Source: Gnetum montanum (lineage: Eukaryota > Plantae > Gnetophyta). From it: a DNA stretch of 64,000 nt. The translations under genes and the position numbers were made by a program. Where the stretch lies: the NCBI GenBank assembly GCA_015680685.1, contig MNCI01000693.1:14756-78755 (forward strand), given 5' to 3'. A model generated the notes under the pieces. The model saw only the letters and a list, made by a program, of their open reading frames with translations, did no database searches and was not told the DNA's origin. Positions 1 through 12,990 of this stretch are shown piece by piece (position 1 is the stretch's first letter; each line of letters opens with the position of its first letter).

Positions 1-1260
1 AAAAAAAAAGAAAAAAAACAAGAAAAAGTTTTTCGGTAAAAAATATTTCTTGTTTTTTTTCCTAAATATATACAAATTTTTATAATGTTGTCCAATTTCG
101 TATGTATTTTTTCTGATTATGTTATGCAATTTTTTAATCCAATCAAAATTAGAAAGGCACCTGATTCTCCTATTCAACCTTATCTTTCAAACTATGAGAC
201 TGATATCTAACTACTTCCACCTTTCACTTCAAATATAATGCGAGACATACAATGCAATCCAAATTCAAAAAACTGCTTGATAGAGATAGCTTTAAACCGC
301 ATAGATGAAGCAAACAGGACTCAACTGAAGCCCCAGTTTCAGTTGAGCACAAACGGCCAAATATAAAGGTAACTACCAAAACTTTTTCACCAAAATGAAG
401 CCTTAACGAATTTCACTTGCTATGGGGCTAACTCATTTTATTCTGAAACAATTTGGAATTCCTAGTTTGCAAATTTCATAATAGAGTGAGACCCCAAACT
501 CACTGAGGCCTAACGAATGAAATAACAGATTGTCAAATGGCACATTACTACGGTTACGTTGGTTTTCACACTTCAGACAAGCATAGTGACTCTCTAAGAG
601 ACAAACATTAAATTAAATTAGAATAGAAGAGCAATGGAAAATGCCTAAATTAACATTATAGAAATCAATGATTGATTCAGTAAAAACCATTTCCATTGAA
701 ACCATAAGAAATAAGATTCAGAAAGAAATAGTGGCCTAACTAAAAACTGTCTTTTGAGGATTTCAATAACAAAGGAATAAATCTATAAGGACTATAGCAA
801 TCTTATTGTTCAATCTAGAATTTTTAGGCCAGAGCCTTCATTTTTAAATGAAACAATTTAAAATAAGATTTGAGGTATAATGAGATTATTCTTAGGATCT
901 CAATGATTAACCAAAGTGATAGGATCAAATTTCTAATAAAAAGTTCAAAAGTAAAGTAATCATATAAAGTAATCCCAAATATTTTCTCAAAAAAAAAATA
1001 TCAAGGTGCCAAATTAATCCTAACTTTGAAAATAAAAATTATAAGCATGTAAGGCTTAAAGACTCAGGCCATCATGTTCCATTTTTCTTTCCAATTTTTC
1101 GCTGCTAGCCACCATTCTCTATCTAGACTAATTTTTATCCCTTGAAAAATCCTTCGGTTTCTTTCTTTCCAAATTTGAAAGATCACATGTGCTAGCAAAA
1201 TGGCCAGGTTGTTTCAAGATCTTATAAAAAATTTGGCATAATAAAATGTTGATTTATGGC

Positions 1261-2121
1261 TTTTTTTTTTTTTGAGAAAGAGTTCGGGATTGTATTAAAC
1301 AAGCAAAGTTATGTTACAAGATTACAATAGATGACAAGCGGCGGGCTATCCGGGCGGGCCCCCGGGCCCCAGGGACCGCACAAGGCAGACAAAACGCGCG
1401 CGGGGAGNNNNNNNNNNNNNNNNNNNNNNNNNNNNNNNNNNNNNNNNNNNNNNNNNNNNNNNNNNNNNNNNNNNNNNNNNNNNNNNNNNNNNNNNNNNNN
1501 NNNNNNNNNNNNNNNNNNNNNNNNNNNNNNNNNNNNNNNNNNNNNNNNNNNNNNNNNNNNNNNNNNNNNNNNNNNNNNNNNNNNNNNNNNNNNNNNNNNN
1601 NNNNNNNNNNNNNNNNNNNNNNNNNNNNNNNNNNNNNNNNNNNNNNNNNNNNNNNNNNNNNNNNNNNNNNNNNNNNNNNNNNNNNNNNNNNNNNNNNNNN
1701 NNNNNNNNNNNNNNNNNNNNNNNNNNNNNNNNNNNNNNNNNNNNNNNNNNNNNNNNNNNNNNNNNNNNNNNNNNNNNNNNNNNNNNNNNNNNNNNNNNNN
1801 NNNNNNNNNNNNNNNNNNNNNNNNNNNNNNNNNNNNNNNNNNNNNNNNNNNNNNNNNNNNNNNNNNNNNNNNNNNNNNNNNNNNNNNNNNNNNNNNNNNN
1901 NNNNNNNNNNNNNNNNNNNNNNNNNNNNNNNNNNNNNNNNNNNNNNNNNNNNNNNNNNNNNNNNNNNNNNGAGGCGGGCCCGGGCAGCCTCGGCGAGGAG
2001 CTCCTGTTGCCGGGCCCGCTCCTGTTCGCGCTCGGCAGCTTGGGCCTCGATATCGGCACGGGCCTGCGCAAGGGCCTCGTTCCACCTGGCCTCCCACTCA
2101 GCCCGCACCTCGGCAGCCGCG
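1261..2121 (-). mobile_element. GC-rich poly(A)-tailed retroelement 3' portion, spanning an N gap
   Basis: T13 at 1261-1273 is followed by GTTCGGGATTGTATTA, which is shared with the TSD-flanked insert at 10075-10130. CpG-rich segments 1337-1407 and 1971-2121 stand out from the AT-rich flanks. The minus frame reads Ala/Glu/Arg-rich. No TSD found. Confidence 0.5.
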
Positions 2122-2194
2122 CAAAAGATATGGACAATTATAAGACAGTGCAAAAGATATGATTACCATCTTTTATTTCTTTTTATTGGAAACT

Positions 2195-2335
2195 CAATGC
2201 TCATCCCTCTAAGCAAGGTCCCAAGAGGGTCAATAGATGAGCAAAAGCTTAACCACTTTTTGAGTAGCTACACTCAAGCTTGACCTAAGTCATACAACTT
2301 AAGAAACAAGTACCTACCATCCCTCCAAATGATAT
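2195..2335 (-). mobile_element. Decayed SINE, Au-like
   Basis: Homologous to 9873-10010 (shared gcaagg...agggtca...aaccactttttgagt). Resembles the reverse complement of Au SINE as I recall it. Confidence 0.4.
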
Positions 2336-2359
2336 CCCCATGATTACCATCTTCATATG

Positions 2360-3900
2360 TATTATAAAAAATATCTAATAACTGTTATCCCTATACACTT
2401 CAACACATTATTAATTGTTAAAATTTCCTTTTTCATAATAATTTAAAAATGATATGAACTTTAGGATTAGAGACACTTTCTTCTAGCAAATGGCTTTTCT
2501 TGTACTTGACCTATGCATAAAGTATCACAAGCCTATACAACCTTATATCAACATTTATTTTTCCATAACTAATCCTTCCCATCCAAATATTTCATGTAGT
2601 GACTTTCCATCTAGGTATGTAAGTTTTCAAGTCTTTCCCATATTGCAAAACTACCAATAATATGTACCTTCAAGAAAATCTCTAATGTGATTCAAATATT
2701 TAGTCTTCATTACTCTAGCTCACAAGACATTTTTTATTATAATTTTCCAAGGTAACTTATCTAAAAGTGCCATAATTAAATAATAACTTCTTAAGTCCAA
2801 GTCCATCACATTTCCATTAATGACAAATTGTATCCCAATCCAACAAATGATTTTTTTGAGTCCTTCTTCCATATCCTATTAAAAAATCACATTCTAATTT
2901 TCAAATCTCTTAACTACCTCCTCTAAGATCCAAAGACATTACATTAATTATAGTGGTATAGATTAAAGACAACAACAAATGCATTGTAATCTTCTAGCCA
3001 TAGTACAAAGCTTACCTTGTCAACCAACTAATCTCTGAAACCCCAATACATTCTCTCTAAAATCCCAATCCATAATTCTAACTTATTTCTTCCTAGAAAT
3101 AAAGGTATAACCAAATATTTGCTTGAAAGACTGCCCCACTCACCATTTAACATGTTCAAAGTATTTTGTGTTCTGATCTCTAAACCTTGCCTTGTCAACC
3201 AACCTCTAAGCCATTTTCTCTAGAGCTCTAGTCCATAATTATAACTTATTTCTTCCTAGAAATAAAGGTATACCTAAGTATTTGTTTGAAAGGCTGGCCC
3301 ACTTACAATTTAACACATTTGACATATTTTATTTTCTTAGCTCTAAAAGATCAAAAGGAAACAAAATGCCTTTATCAAAATTAGTTTTTAATCCAAAAAC
3401 TTATGAAAAATATTCAATATCTATTTACCATTGTGAGTGTATCTTTCTTTAGCTTCAAAGAAGATAAAAGTTTCATCAACAAATTGCACGTGTAAAATTA
3501 GGCAAACCACAAGTTGGTGTGATTACTTTAATCTTTCCCTTTTTTACTTTCTCTTATATCAAGAATCCTAAGGCTACAACCACCATAATTACAAAAAGGT
3601 GATATAGGATCTCTCTATCTTAACCCATTGTTGCCATAAAATCTTTCTTGTGCTTCCCCATTAAGTAACACTAAGCATGATGCAGTAGCATAACGCTATT
3701 TAAGCACTGAACACAAATGATCAAGATATTCAAATTTATGTGATATAATATCCAAAAATCTCCATGAGACACAATCATAACTTTTGCTAGAATTAAGTTT
3801 AAGCTCAAATACACATCTATTTTAATATCAGTGGTTAATTCATTTTCTATTATGCATAATTTTTCAATAAGTTCTTCCTCAACATCTTTTTCATTTCCAT
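2360..3900 (-). pseudogene. L1-type LINE reverse transcriptase remnant
   Basis: Minus-strand motifs in RT order, with stops and frameshifts: KSYDCVSW (~3790), GLR*RDPISPF (~3610), LHVQFVDET (~3485), SKYLVIPLFLGR (~3110). Confidence 0.75.
3015..3345. repeat. Degenerate ~165-175 bp tandem duplication inside the LINE remnant
   Basis: CCTTGTCAACCAAC at 3015 and 3190. TCCTAGAAATAAAGGTATA occurs in both copies. Confidence 0.65.
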
Positions 3901-4175
3901 TATTTTTATTGTAGTAATTTCAAACCTGAATTTTGACAAGGCATCTCATCATGGTCATACAACATGACCCCATGTTCAGAATAACTGGCATCCACTACGA
4001 TCTCATCATGAAAAGTTATTAAGTACTCTTCCTGGAGATTCTACTGTAGCTGAAATTTTGCTGATTGTTAAAGAATTATAGGAATTATTTGATCATAATT
4101 AACAGAAAAATCTGGACTGATTTCAGATATGACTAATAGAGGATTATTGGTGGTCATATTTCCTTGATTGACTTT

Positions 4176-4441
4176 TATAGAAATTCCATGTATAGCTGTC
4201 AATATACAGCTGGTTATTCTTTATTTTATTTTTCCCAAGTTACAGGATTCGGTCCCTTGATTACTGGTTCCATTAAGGCTGATTATTTCTGTTTTTAGGG
4301 AGATTTGTTTTTCTTTCCATATCTTTAGATTGTTGCCATTAACAGCTGAATAATTTTCAGACACATTGTACTATATATATGGATCAGTTTTCTGATCCAA
4401 ATGAATGAGAATAATCACTATTTTCATTCCCTAATTCTACA
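4176..4441 (+). repeat. Copia 5' LTR
   Basis: Matches 8508-8773 with roughly 15 differences by eye. Ends in CA; the starting TG has mutated to TA. Confidence 0.93.
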
Positions 4442-4453
4442 TGGTATCAGAGC
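4442..4453 (+). promoter_or_regulatory. Primer binding site, tRNA-iMet
   Basis: TGGTATCAGAGC immediately after the LTR. Confidence 0.92.
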
Positions 4454-4485
4454 AGCTCTGTACCTAAAATTCTTCCATTGTTTCA

Positions 4486-7400
4486 ATGGCGTCATCCACC
4501 TCTGAGGTCTCATCTTTTTCATCTCATGTCCCATCTATTGCTGGTTCCAATGGTGGATCAGATTCTACTTCTCTACTCATCACTGGATACAAATTGAATG
4601 GGCAGAATTATCTTCAATGATCCCATTCAATCATGATGTTCATATGCAGCCAAGGAAAAGACGACTATCTCACCAGTGGAGACCCTAAACCTGATCCAAA
4701 AGACTCAAAATACAAGGTCATGTTAGGCATAAATATTCAGCCCCAAATCATAGAAGCTTCTACTATGGCTTCTCAGAGAACAGATGATAACCAGTTCAAG
4801 AAAGGGAGATCTAAGTGTGATCATCACAAAAAAACAGGGCACACCCAAGACACCTATTGGGACATCCATGGGAAAACTTGCTAACTAGAAACTGAAGAAC
4901 AAATGAGAAACTCGTGTGAATCATGTTACAACTGAAGAGGGTTCCATGACAACACAAACCGGTCAATTCAACAAAGAGCAATTGGAAATCCTTCAAAGAT
5001 TAATTGCTCAGGCACAACAAACATCCTCATCCTCTTCAAACAAAACTACCTCGGAAATTGCCTTAGTGGCTCAAAAAGGTAATGCTTTTACTGCACTTCA
5101 AGTTAAAAAGGTGGACAGGAAAAATTTATGGATTGTTGGTTTTAGAGCCTCCGACCACATGACTGGCGATGCAACTTTCATCCAAAATTTCACACCATGT
5201 TCTAAGAATGTAACTGTTCATATAGCTGACGGTTCCATTTCAAAGGTGTTGAGTACACAATTTGTTATGATTTCAGAGAATCTTACCCTTGACTCAGTTT
5301 TATTGGTTCCCAACTTGAATTGTAGCCTTTTATCTATTAGTCAACTTGCTTAGGAAAATAATTGTGTTGCTAAATTTTTCCCAAATCATTGTGCTTTCCA
5401 AGATTTGAATTCGAGACAGATGATTGGCAATGCTTAGTTGCATTCAGGACTCTACATGTTCAAAGTGACCAACTCTTCTAGAAGACAATCTCAACCGATA
5501 GTTGAAGAAAAATGGTCATGTTTTGTCCTTAATTCCAATAAAGAAAGAGAAATAATGTTATGGCACTATCGCTTAGGCCATCCTAGTTTTCTATACCTCA
5601 AAGAACTCTTTCCAAAATTATTCAATAAAAAGTCTATTGNCACCTCAAAGAACTCTTTCCAAAATTATTCAATAAAAAGTCTATTGATTTTCATTGTGAG
5701 ACTTGTCAATTGTCTAAGCATGTTTGCAATTCTTACCCTATGCAAAAATACAAGGAATCATCTCCTTTCTCATTAGTTAATAGCAATGTTTGGGGACCAT
5801 CTAAACTTAAAAGTATAACTGGGGCTAGATGGTTTGTTTCCTTCATAGATGATCATTCTTGTCTCTCTTGGATATTCCTTATGAAAGAAAAATTAGAGGT
5901 GGGCCAACTGTTCAAAAATTTCAATAATCTGATCCAAACACAATTCAATGCTAAAATTCAGATCCTATGCACTAATAATGCCAAAGATTACTTTAACTCC
6001 ACCCTTGGGGAATACCTAACACAAGAAGGTATAGTTCACTAAAGTTGTTGCCCTCACACCCCTCAACAAAACGAGATTGCCAAAAGGAAGAATAGACATT
6101 TGTTAGAAGTCACCTATGCTCTCATGATCTCATCTAATGTTCCAAAAGTTTTTTGGGGGGAAGCTGTCCTGACCGCTGCATATCTAATCAATAGAATGTC
6201 ATCTCATGTCCTCAAGTTTCAAACACCACGCCAAGTCTTTCTTAAATCTTACCCCTCAACCCATCTCATTCTATCCATTCCTCTTAAGGTGTTTGGGTGT
6301 TCTTCATATGTTCATATTCCACAACAAAACCAGGGTAAGTTTGATCCAAAAGCTGTAAAATGCATATTTCTTGGTTATGCTCCAAATCAGAAGGGATATA
6401 AGTTCTATTCACCCTACACAAAGAAATTCTATACCTCAATGGATGTTACCTTTGTTGAAAATCAGCCTTATTACTCCAAAACCAACATTCAGGGGGAGAG
6501 TGAGAGTTCAGAATATCGTTTCTTGGATCTCCTTGGTGAACCTAGAAATGAAACAAACCAAACACCTACTCCATTCGAGACACTTGTTGATTCTACTGTG
6601 AGTCCCGTCATTCCTATTACTAAAACACAACTTGAGCCACAACCTCTTGATGTCCCTTCAACTGTTGACAACAAAGAGTTCATTGTCTAATCTAGAAGGA
6701 AGAAAACTCATGCACATCTAGAAGAATGAGTGGAACCCGAGTCTGACCATGAAGCTAAACCAGATTCCACTCCAAAGGAAACACAATTAGGTAACAATAT
6801 TTTTGATTCTAATGAGTTAAATTTGCAGAATTTGGATTTACCGATTGCTAAAAGAAAAGGTGTAAGGTCCTGCACTAATCATCCCATCTATAGCATCATT
6901 TCATACAAGAAGTTGTCTCCAAAATATTGTTTTGTTGCCACTAATCTTACAAAGATTCAGATTCCCAGAAACTTTCAAGAAGCCATCCAAAGTCTCGAGT
7001 GGAGGCAAGCAGTAAATGAGGACATTAGAGCACTCAAGAAAAGTGGAACATGGGAAGTGGTGGATCTACCTCCAAGGAAGAATCCAGTTGGGTGCAAATG
7101 GATTTTCACCATCAAACACAAGGCAGATGGAAGTATTGATAGATTCAAAGCTCATCTTGTTGCCAAACGATTCATGCAGTCCTATGGAATTGATTATTAA
7201 GAGACATTCGCTTTGGTTGCCAACCTCAACACAATTAGGGTTCTGTTGTCCCTCATTGTGAATCAGGATTGGAAACTACATCAACTCGACTTCAAGAATG
7301 CTTTTCTCAATGGGGATCTGGAAGAAGAAATATACATGGAGATTCCTTTAGGTCTTAATGACAAAATGAATGCAAACAAGGCTTGTAAATTAAAGAAATC

Positions 7401-8499
7401 TCTTTATGGACTTAAGTAGTCCCTTAGAGCATGGTTTGATAGATTCACTAAGGCAGTGAAGAGGTTTGGATATTCACAATGTCATTCTAATCACACCTTA
7501 TTTGTAAAGATTTCTTCTTGTGGAAGAACATCCATCGTGATTGTATATGTGGATGATATAATTCTAACAGGAGATCATGAAGAGGATATTGGGAATCTCA
7601 AGAAATTTCTAGCTCATGAATTCAGAGTCAAAGACTTATGGAACCTAAAATACTTTCTTGGAATGGAAATTGCAAGGTCCAAGGCAGGTATTTTCGTCTC
7701 TCAACAAAAGTATGTACTTGATCTGCTCAAAGAAACTAGAATGCTTGGATGTAAACTTGCTAATACTCTAATGGAAATGGCAATCAAAGAAAGAGAAGAC
7801 AGAAACAATGTCCCAGTTGACAAGGGAAGATATCATAGACTAGTAGGAAGACTTATATATCTCTCTCTCACTAGATTGGATATAGGCTTTGATGTGAGTG
7901 TGGCTAGCCAATACATGAATAATCCTACTGAAGAGCACATGGACCACCTGTATCACATCTTAAGGTATTTGAAGAAAACTCTTGGGGAAGGCTTGTACTT
8001 TAAGAAGACAAGGCAAGTGACATTGAAGTGTATACTAATGCAAACTGGGCTAGATCTATCACTAACCAGAGGCCAACCTCCAAATATTGCACCTACGTAT
8101 GGGGGAATTTGGTTACATGGCACAACAAAAAGCAAACTTTTGTTGCTTGAAGTAGTGCAAAAGCAAAATTCCAAGCTATGGCTCATGGAAGTTGTGAAGG
8201 CATGTGGCTAAAACCATTACTTCATGAACTTCACATTGTTGTAGATAAGCTGATCAATATGCTATGTGACAACCAGGTTGCCATCAGCAGCTCCAAGAAC
8301 CCCGTTCACCATGACCAAACTAAACATGTGGAGATCAATTGACATTTCATTAAAGAGAAGGTTGAAGGAGGAACAATCAACATTTCCTACATACCAACAT
8401 CTCTACAAACTGCCAACATTCTGACCAAGGCTTTACCAAAGATGAAGTTTGAGGAATTGAGATCCAAGCTAGGCTTACTCAACATATACAGCCTAGCTT
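4486..8499 (+). pseudogene. Copia gag-pol polyprotein, multiple stops and frameshifts
   Basis: KLNGQNYLQW, zinc knuckle CDHHKKTGHTQDTYW, ASDHMTG, GAG-pre-integrase, integrase (FIDDHS), RT (HQLDFKNAFLNGDL, YVDD), RNase H (CDNQ...TKHVEI). Confidence 0.92.
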
Positions 8500-8507
8500 G
8501 GGGGGAG

Positions 8508-8773
8508 TGTAGAAATTCCGTGTATAGCTGTCAATATACAGCTGGTTATTCTTTATTTTATTTTCCCCTAAGTTACAGGATTTGTTTCCTTGATTACCGG
8601 TTCCATTAAGGCTGATTATTTCTGTTTTTAGGGAGATTTGTTTTTCTTTCCATATCTTTAGATTGTTGCTGTTAACAGCTGAATAATTTTCAGACACATT
8701 GTACTGATATATGGATCAGTTTTCTGATCCAAAAGAACAAGAATAATCACTATTTTCATTCCCTAATTCTACA
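8508..8773 (+). repeat. Copia 3' LTR
   Basis: TG...CA, preceded by a G-rich PPT at 8500-8507. Confidence 0.93.
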
Positions 8774-8949
8774 ACTTCCTCATCAGCAGTGCTCTTAGTG
8801 CTAGTGTCAACATTGATATTTGCAGAAGTAGAAGCTAATTGTTCTTGTGTAACTATCCAAGCCTTTGGGGCCCAATGATGATTATAATTATTATATTGAT
8901 TATAAGAGTCAAAATGTTGTACTTTAGATGAACTATCATGGTAGAATTG

Positions 8950-9480
8950 AGCTCATTAAAGAAAACTTTTAAATTGAACATGAATCTTTTATACATCTTC
9001 CTCAACTAATTGTAACTCTTCATTTATTGAAAATGGCTTGTGTTGTTCTATCAAAATGCAAACCTTTGCATATTTCATGAGATGTAATAATCTTGCAAGT
9101 CTGTCAGAACAACAGTAGATACCAAATGGTTTCATGATTCTCATACAAATTCTCTCATCCCAAATATCAATATCCAAGTACATTTCTAAATATGTTTGTA
9201 ACTCAAATCTTCTTTTTGAATATTGAGTTTCCATGGATGAAATCTCCAAAATCAAAGAGGTTTTGACATTACCAAGTCGATTAGAATTCTATTCTATTCA
9301 AATAGACAGGGACATAAAACGATACAAAGATTATCTAATTTTCTTAAAACAAGAATGAGAAAGTTCCAGTTTTAAAACATGCCGCTCACTTCATATGATT
9401 AAGCATTATATGAACAATATCCAGTAAATACACTTCATACTTGTTCTTTCTAGCATGTTAGATTTCTTTCTCTGATTTCA
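8950..9480 (-). pseudogene. Very decayed copia pol fragment
   Basis: Weak frameshifted motifs on the minus strand: MKCI..GY (~9430), ARL...GLHFDRT, KVFFNEL. Confidence 0.25.
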
Positions 9481-9872
9481 ATAAGGAGCAGTATCATTCA
9501 AGATCAATATTTTCTAGTGAAAATTCACAATTTTTTTCATGATAAATTCTCTTTTGCCATGTACATTTTAGCTGCCTTATATAAAGTTGTTTACTTTAAA
9601 ATTAATTCTAATCTTAAGGTATTGTTCTGCATGAATTTCTACAAGAACGTTGTTGAAATCCAGGTTGTACCTGAATGCATTTTTCTATATATTTCATGCC
9701 CTTCAAAATAAAATAGTTCAATATAACCATCAGAATGTGTATGATTAATAAGTTGCGATAAGTTTTCTTTACAAAGCCTTGGGAAGCTAACATTGTTACA
9801 AGAAATTGCTTTCAAAAAGAGATCACTTTAGCAAAGAAAGATGTTTTCTTACTAATAAAAAGGGTCTTTGGA

Positions 9873-10010
9873 CACACAATCTCATCCTGCCAAGGCAAGG
9901 TTTCAAAAGGGTCAGTGAACATTTGAAGCCCTAACCACTTTTTGAGTGACTTCACTTAGACTCAAACCCAGGTCTTGTGACTTGATAAATAATCACCTTT
10001 CTGTCACTCA
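9873..10010 (-). mobile_element. Decayed SINE, Au-like
   Basis: B-box-like GGGTTTGAGTC on the minus strand. Homologous to 2195-2335. Confidence 0.45.
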
Positions 10011-10074
10011 AAATAACAGGACATAAATATGTTTGCTCACAAATAACTTTAAAAATTATAAACTTAGACAAGCA

Positions 10075-10130
10075 TTTTTTTTTTTTTTTTTTTTTGAAAG
10101 AGAATGTTCGGGATTGTATTACTGAAGATA
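10075..10130 (-). mobile_element. 56-bp 5'-truncated poly(A) retrocopy with TSD
   Basis: T21 plus a 35-nt body, flanked by the direct repeat TAGACAAGCA (10065-10074 and 10131-10140). Confidence 0.8.
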
Positions 10131-10519
10131 TAGACAAGCATTATGTTTATGGAAACATTGGAAATTGAGCCTGCACAACATCCAAATGTCGAGCAACACA
10201 AGCCAACAAAAACTATTCAACGATATTCTTAGCACCAAAACCATGTCTCCTACCAACATGCTCAGCCTATTCATGCTCAAAATCTGAAAATGAAATATAC
10301 AAAAACAGGTGAGACCACAATCTTGGTAAGAGATAATTCCGTTTTCCCCTCCTAATGCCACGGTTGGGTTTCAAGACAAGTGCTAATAGAAAAATATAGA
10401 TTATTAAAACTAAAATTAAAATTTTACTTGCGTCCACTGAGATCCCCTAAGATCTATTATCAAGATAGAATAGTTTCAAAATTCTTTTTACAGAATTTTT
10501 TTCAATACCCATATCTCAA

Positions 10520-10590
10520 AGTTACCCTCTAGAATTGAACCTATGACCTAGATTTCCATGTCAAGGCTCTTACCACCAAGCTAACATCTC
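10520..10590 (-). mobile_element. tRNA-derived SINE head
   Basis: Minus strand A-box TAGCTTGGTGG and B-box GGTTCAATTCT at tRNA-like spacing. Confidence 0.4.
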
Positions 10591-11199
10591 ATTGTTAGTG
10601 AATAAGCTTGTCATAAAAAGGCTTGCAAAGTTTTGATAGTGTCAATAGAAACAGTAGGTCATAATTCTAAGAAAGCAAATATGAGTAGCAACAATTTGCA
10701 AAACCAATAGCAATAGTTTGCAAATCCATTGAACCAATGTCACTAGCAGCAATATGCAAAGCTACAAGCCATAATAAATAATTCCATAGAATTTCTGCTA
10801 CCCTTAATAGTGCATAATCCCTAATCCCTAAATTAAAGTATACCCCTCATATGCACAAAGCACACACTACCTCTACAATCTTAGTGTGTATGTTTTGTCA
10901 GCCCATTACCTCTTGCAGCAAAAGCTAGCTTGGTAGACCACTAGCTCTTGTAACATTGTGTACCTTACTAGGAATCCATCCCTACTACATGGGGGGATCT
11001 ATGCGGTCAAGATATATCTACCAATCAATGTCAATAATAGAAAATCACCTTCCACAACTAATCAAACACCAGCCTGGAAAGATTCTTGATAACTTATCAT
11101 CATCCTACAAGGGTTTAACAATGCAATCAACAATTAAACAATTTATTGAAAACAACATCAATATACAAGGGTTTCACAGCAAAATCATCAAGTCAACAA

Positions 11200-11700
11200 T
11201 ATCTCCATAACATAACAAAGAGAAAAGAGTGATACTTCCGTTACTCAGTTGTAAGGCTAACTTTCTTGTGTTTCAATCAATTCGTCATTCAGAGGCAGTT
11301 GAGTTGCATAAGGCACGTAATGAAGGCCAACAAACAGGCAAAGTAAGTCACATAGCAATACTCCCCAAGTTACTTTCCAATTCAAATGGCAAACTCATGG
11401 ATCACCGGTAAGTCCAGTCCTTACATTCATTGTATTTCTGAATTCTGTTCGTCTAGCTCTAGTTTATCACTTCCTAATCCGACTATCAATGATCTCTATA
11501 AACCAACTCTTTCATCTAGGTTAAGGTCCCCTCCCTCATTCAAATTCTTGAAGTGTGATTTAGAAATCTCTAGAGAAGGGCTATGACCCATCTCTCTTAA
11601 TTTTTTCTCCCAAGGATGTGGCTAGTTGAATTTTTGCATACTACAATTACATCCACATCCCAAAAATTGATATCCATATCCATCCTTTCTTTAATTATAG
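11200..11700 (-). pseudogene. Possible LINE ORF1 (DUF4283-like) remnant
   Basis: GLDLP...IGK*LGEYCYV resembles the GLP...IGxxLG motif. Heavily decayed. Confidence 0.25.
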
Positions 11701-11725
11701 ATTAAAAAACCCTTACTAGATTGCT

Positions 11726-11875
11726 TTGCTAGAAAGAAGATTAGATTGTAGAGGAAAGAAATGTGTCTTCCGTGGTTTTGACTCCAAGACAAGTAGGTAT
11801 AGGTGCTTTGACCAACTTGAAAAGAAGTGGTATTCTTCAAGAAGTGTCATCTTTGATGAGCAAAAGTTAGGGTTT
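11726..11875 (+). pseudogene. Copia post-integrase (SH3-like) fragment
   Basis: LDCRGKKCVFRGFD...YRCFD...SRSVIFDE. Confidence 0.65.
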
Positions 11876-12499
11876 GACTCTTCTACCGCCATGAAGACAA
11901 GAAGCAAGAAGAGGTGCACTTTTATTTGGTCTCTTTACAATGTCTATGGGGATTGTAGTCCTGTAGTGTGATATTTGTTACCCTTATGTTATTCTTATGT
12001 TGAATAGCATTGTGTAAGGTTTTACATGTTGACTTTCTGCTCTTTCCTAAAAGTCATTGTGTGGTTGGTCATAAGTTCTAGTAGCTTCTGTTGTGAATAA
12101 AGCTGTATGAACTTGGATTTGTTGAGAAAGCAAGTCCGCTGATCAAACATTGCAGATTGCCAAAAAGAGGCAACAATCAATCAAGAATTCATAGATTGCC
12201 AATAGGAGGCAATTAAAATGCTGTTGTTGGCTTGCCTTTTTCTTGAAAAACTAACTTGAATCTCATTTGTCTAAAATTCATTCTTTTGATTTTCTTTCTT
12301 TTAGGGATACCAGTGGTTGTGCTTTACTTATCGGATATTCTTTTTCCCCCAAATTTTTGCAAAGGTAAGAAACTTGGATCTCTCTATTGAGGGCTCTTAG
12401 GAGGAAAGAGAGTTTTACTTCCAACTTATGCATTTGAAAAAACGCAGATGTGTAGATCTATCCTTTCCAAAGGGAAATCTGATTCTCTCCAATATAAGA

Positions 12500-12990
12500 C
12501 CTTACTTCATAATTTTTATTAACAATAGCACAACACACAAATCCAGATCCAAATTCTTTATATTATAGCACCTACAATTCTAACCTTTCAAGATCCCCTT
12601 CTTTCCAATCAAACTGACTTGCACACCAAGATTGAAATTGCCATCCACCACCAATGTAAATATCAAAATCTCACAGAAATTTGGGGAGATTCTAATCAGA
12701 ATAAAAGCAGATGATCCAGAAATTGCCCATGCAATTAAAGAAAAAACCATTTAAAACCCCAATGCAAATAAAAAATACTACAAGCCTTCCTTCCAACAAA
12801 TAACGCAAGGATCTTACCACTAACGCCCATTAGAATATGTGTAGATGGATTCACCATTGGAATTTCTCATCCTATGTCCAAGCACATCATGGTTTAAAGT
12901 TCAAAGCTCCAGAAGTGCCATGGAGCTAAACCAACACAATGCTCATTGAAGTCCCCTCTAAAATATATTGGAGAAGATTGAAGACAACTT
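12500..12990 (-). pseudogene. LINE AP-endonuclease remnant
   Basis: RGDFNE (~12955), YTYSNG and LDHL on the minus strand. Confidence 0.45.

Larger units (their letters stand above)
4176..8773 (+). mobile_element. Ty1/copia LTR retrotransposon (Ale-like), decayed
   Basis: Paired 266-bp LTRs, PBS TGGTATCAGAGC, G-rich PPT and TSD ACTTT/ACTTC. Internal order is gag-PR-IN-RT-RH (WHYRLGHP, KCIFLGY, VYVDDII). Confidence 0.95.

Noticed and set aside
1309-2153. 260-280 aa ORFs across the N gap (also at 30559-31015, 32346-32637, 52334-52671)
   Set aside because: Their length comes from runs of N.
4171-4175. Same TSD ACTTT for the copia element and element B
   Set aside because: A 5-bp AT-rich match in two unrelated elements is expected by chance.
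5595-5686. Exact ~45-bp direct repeat in the copia element
   Set aside because: The copies flank a single N (5640), so this is an unmerged contig overlap.
9700-9890. Host exon after a minus-strand TTGGCAG acceptor
   Set aside because: Stops in all frames, and the acceptor lies within the Au-like SINE.
10520-10590. tRNA genes (also ~21905 and ~26190)
   Set aside because: A/B boxes only with no convincing cloverleaf; SINE heads.
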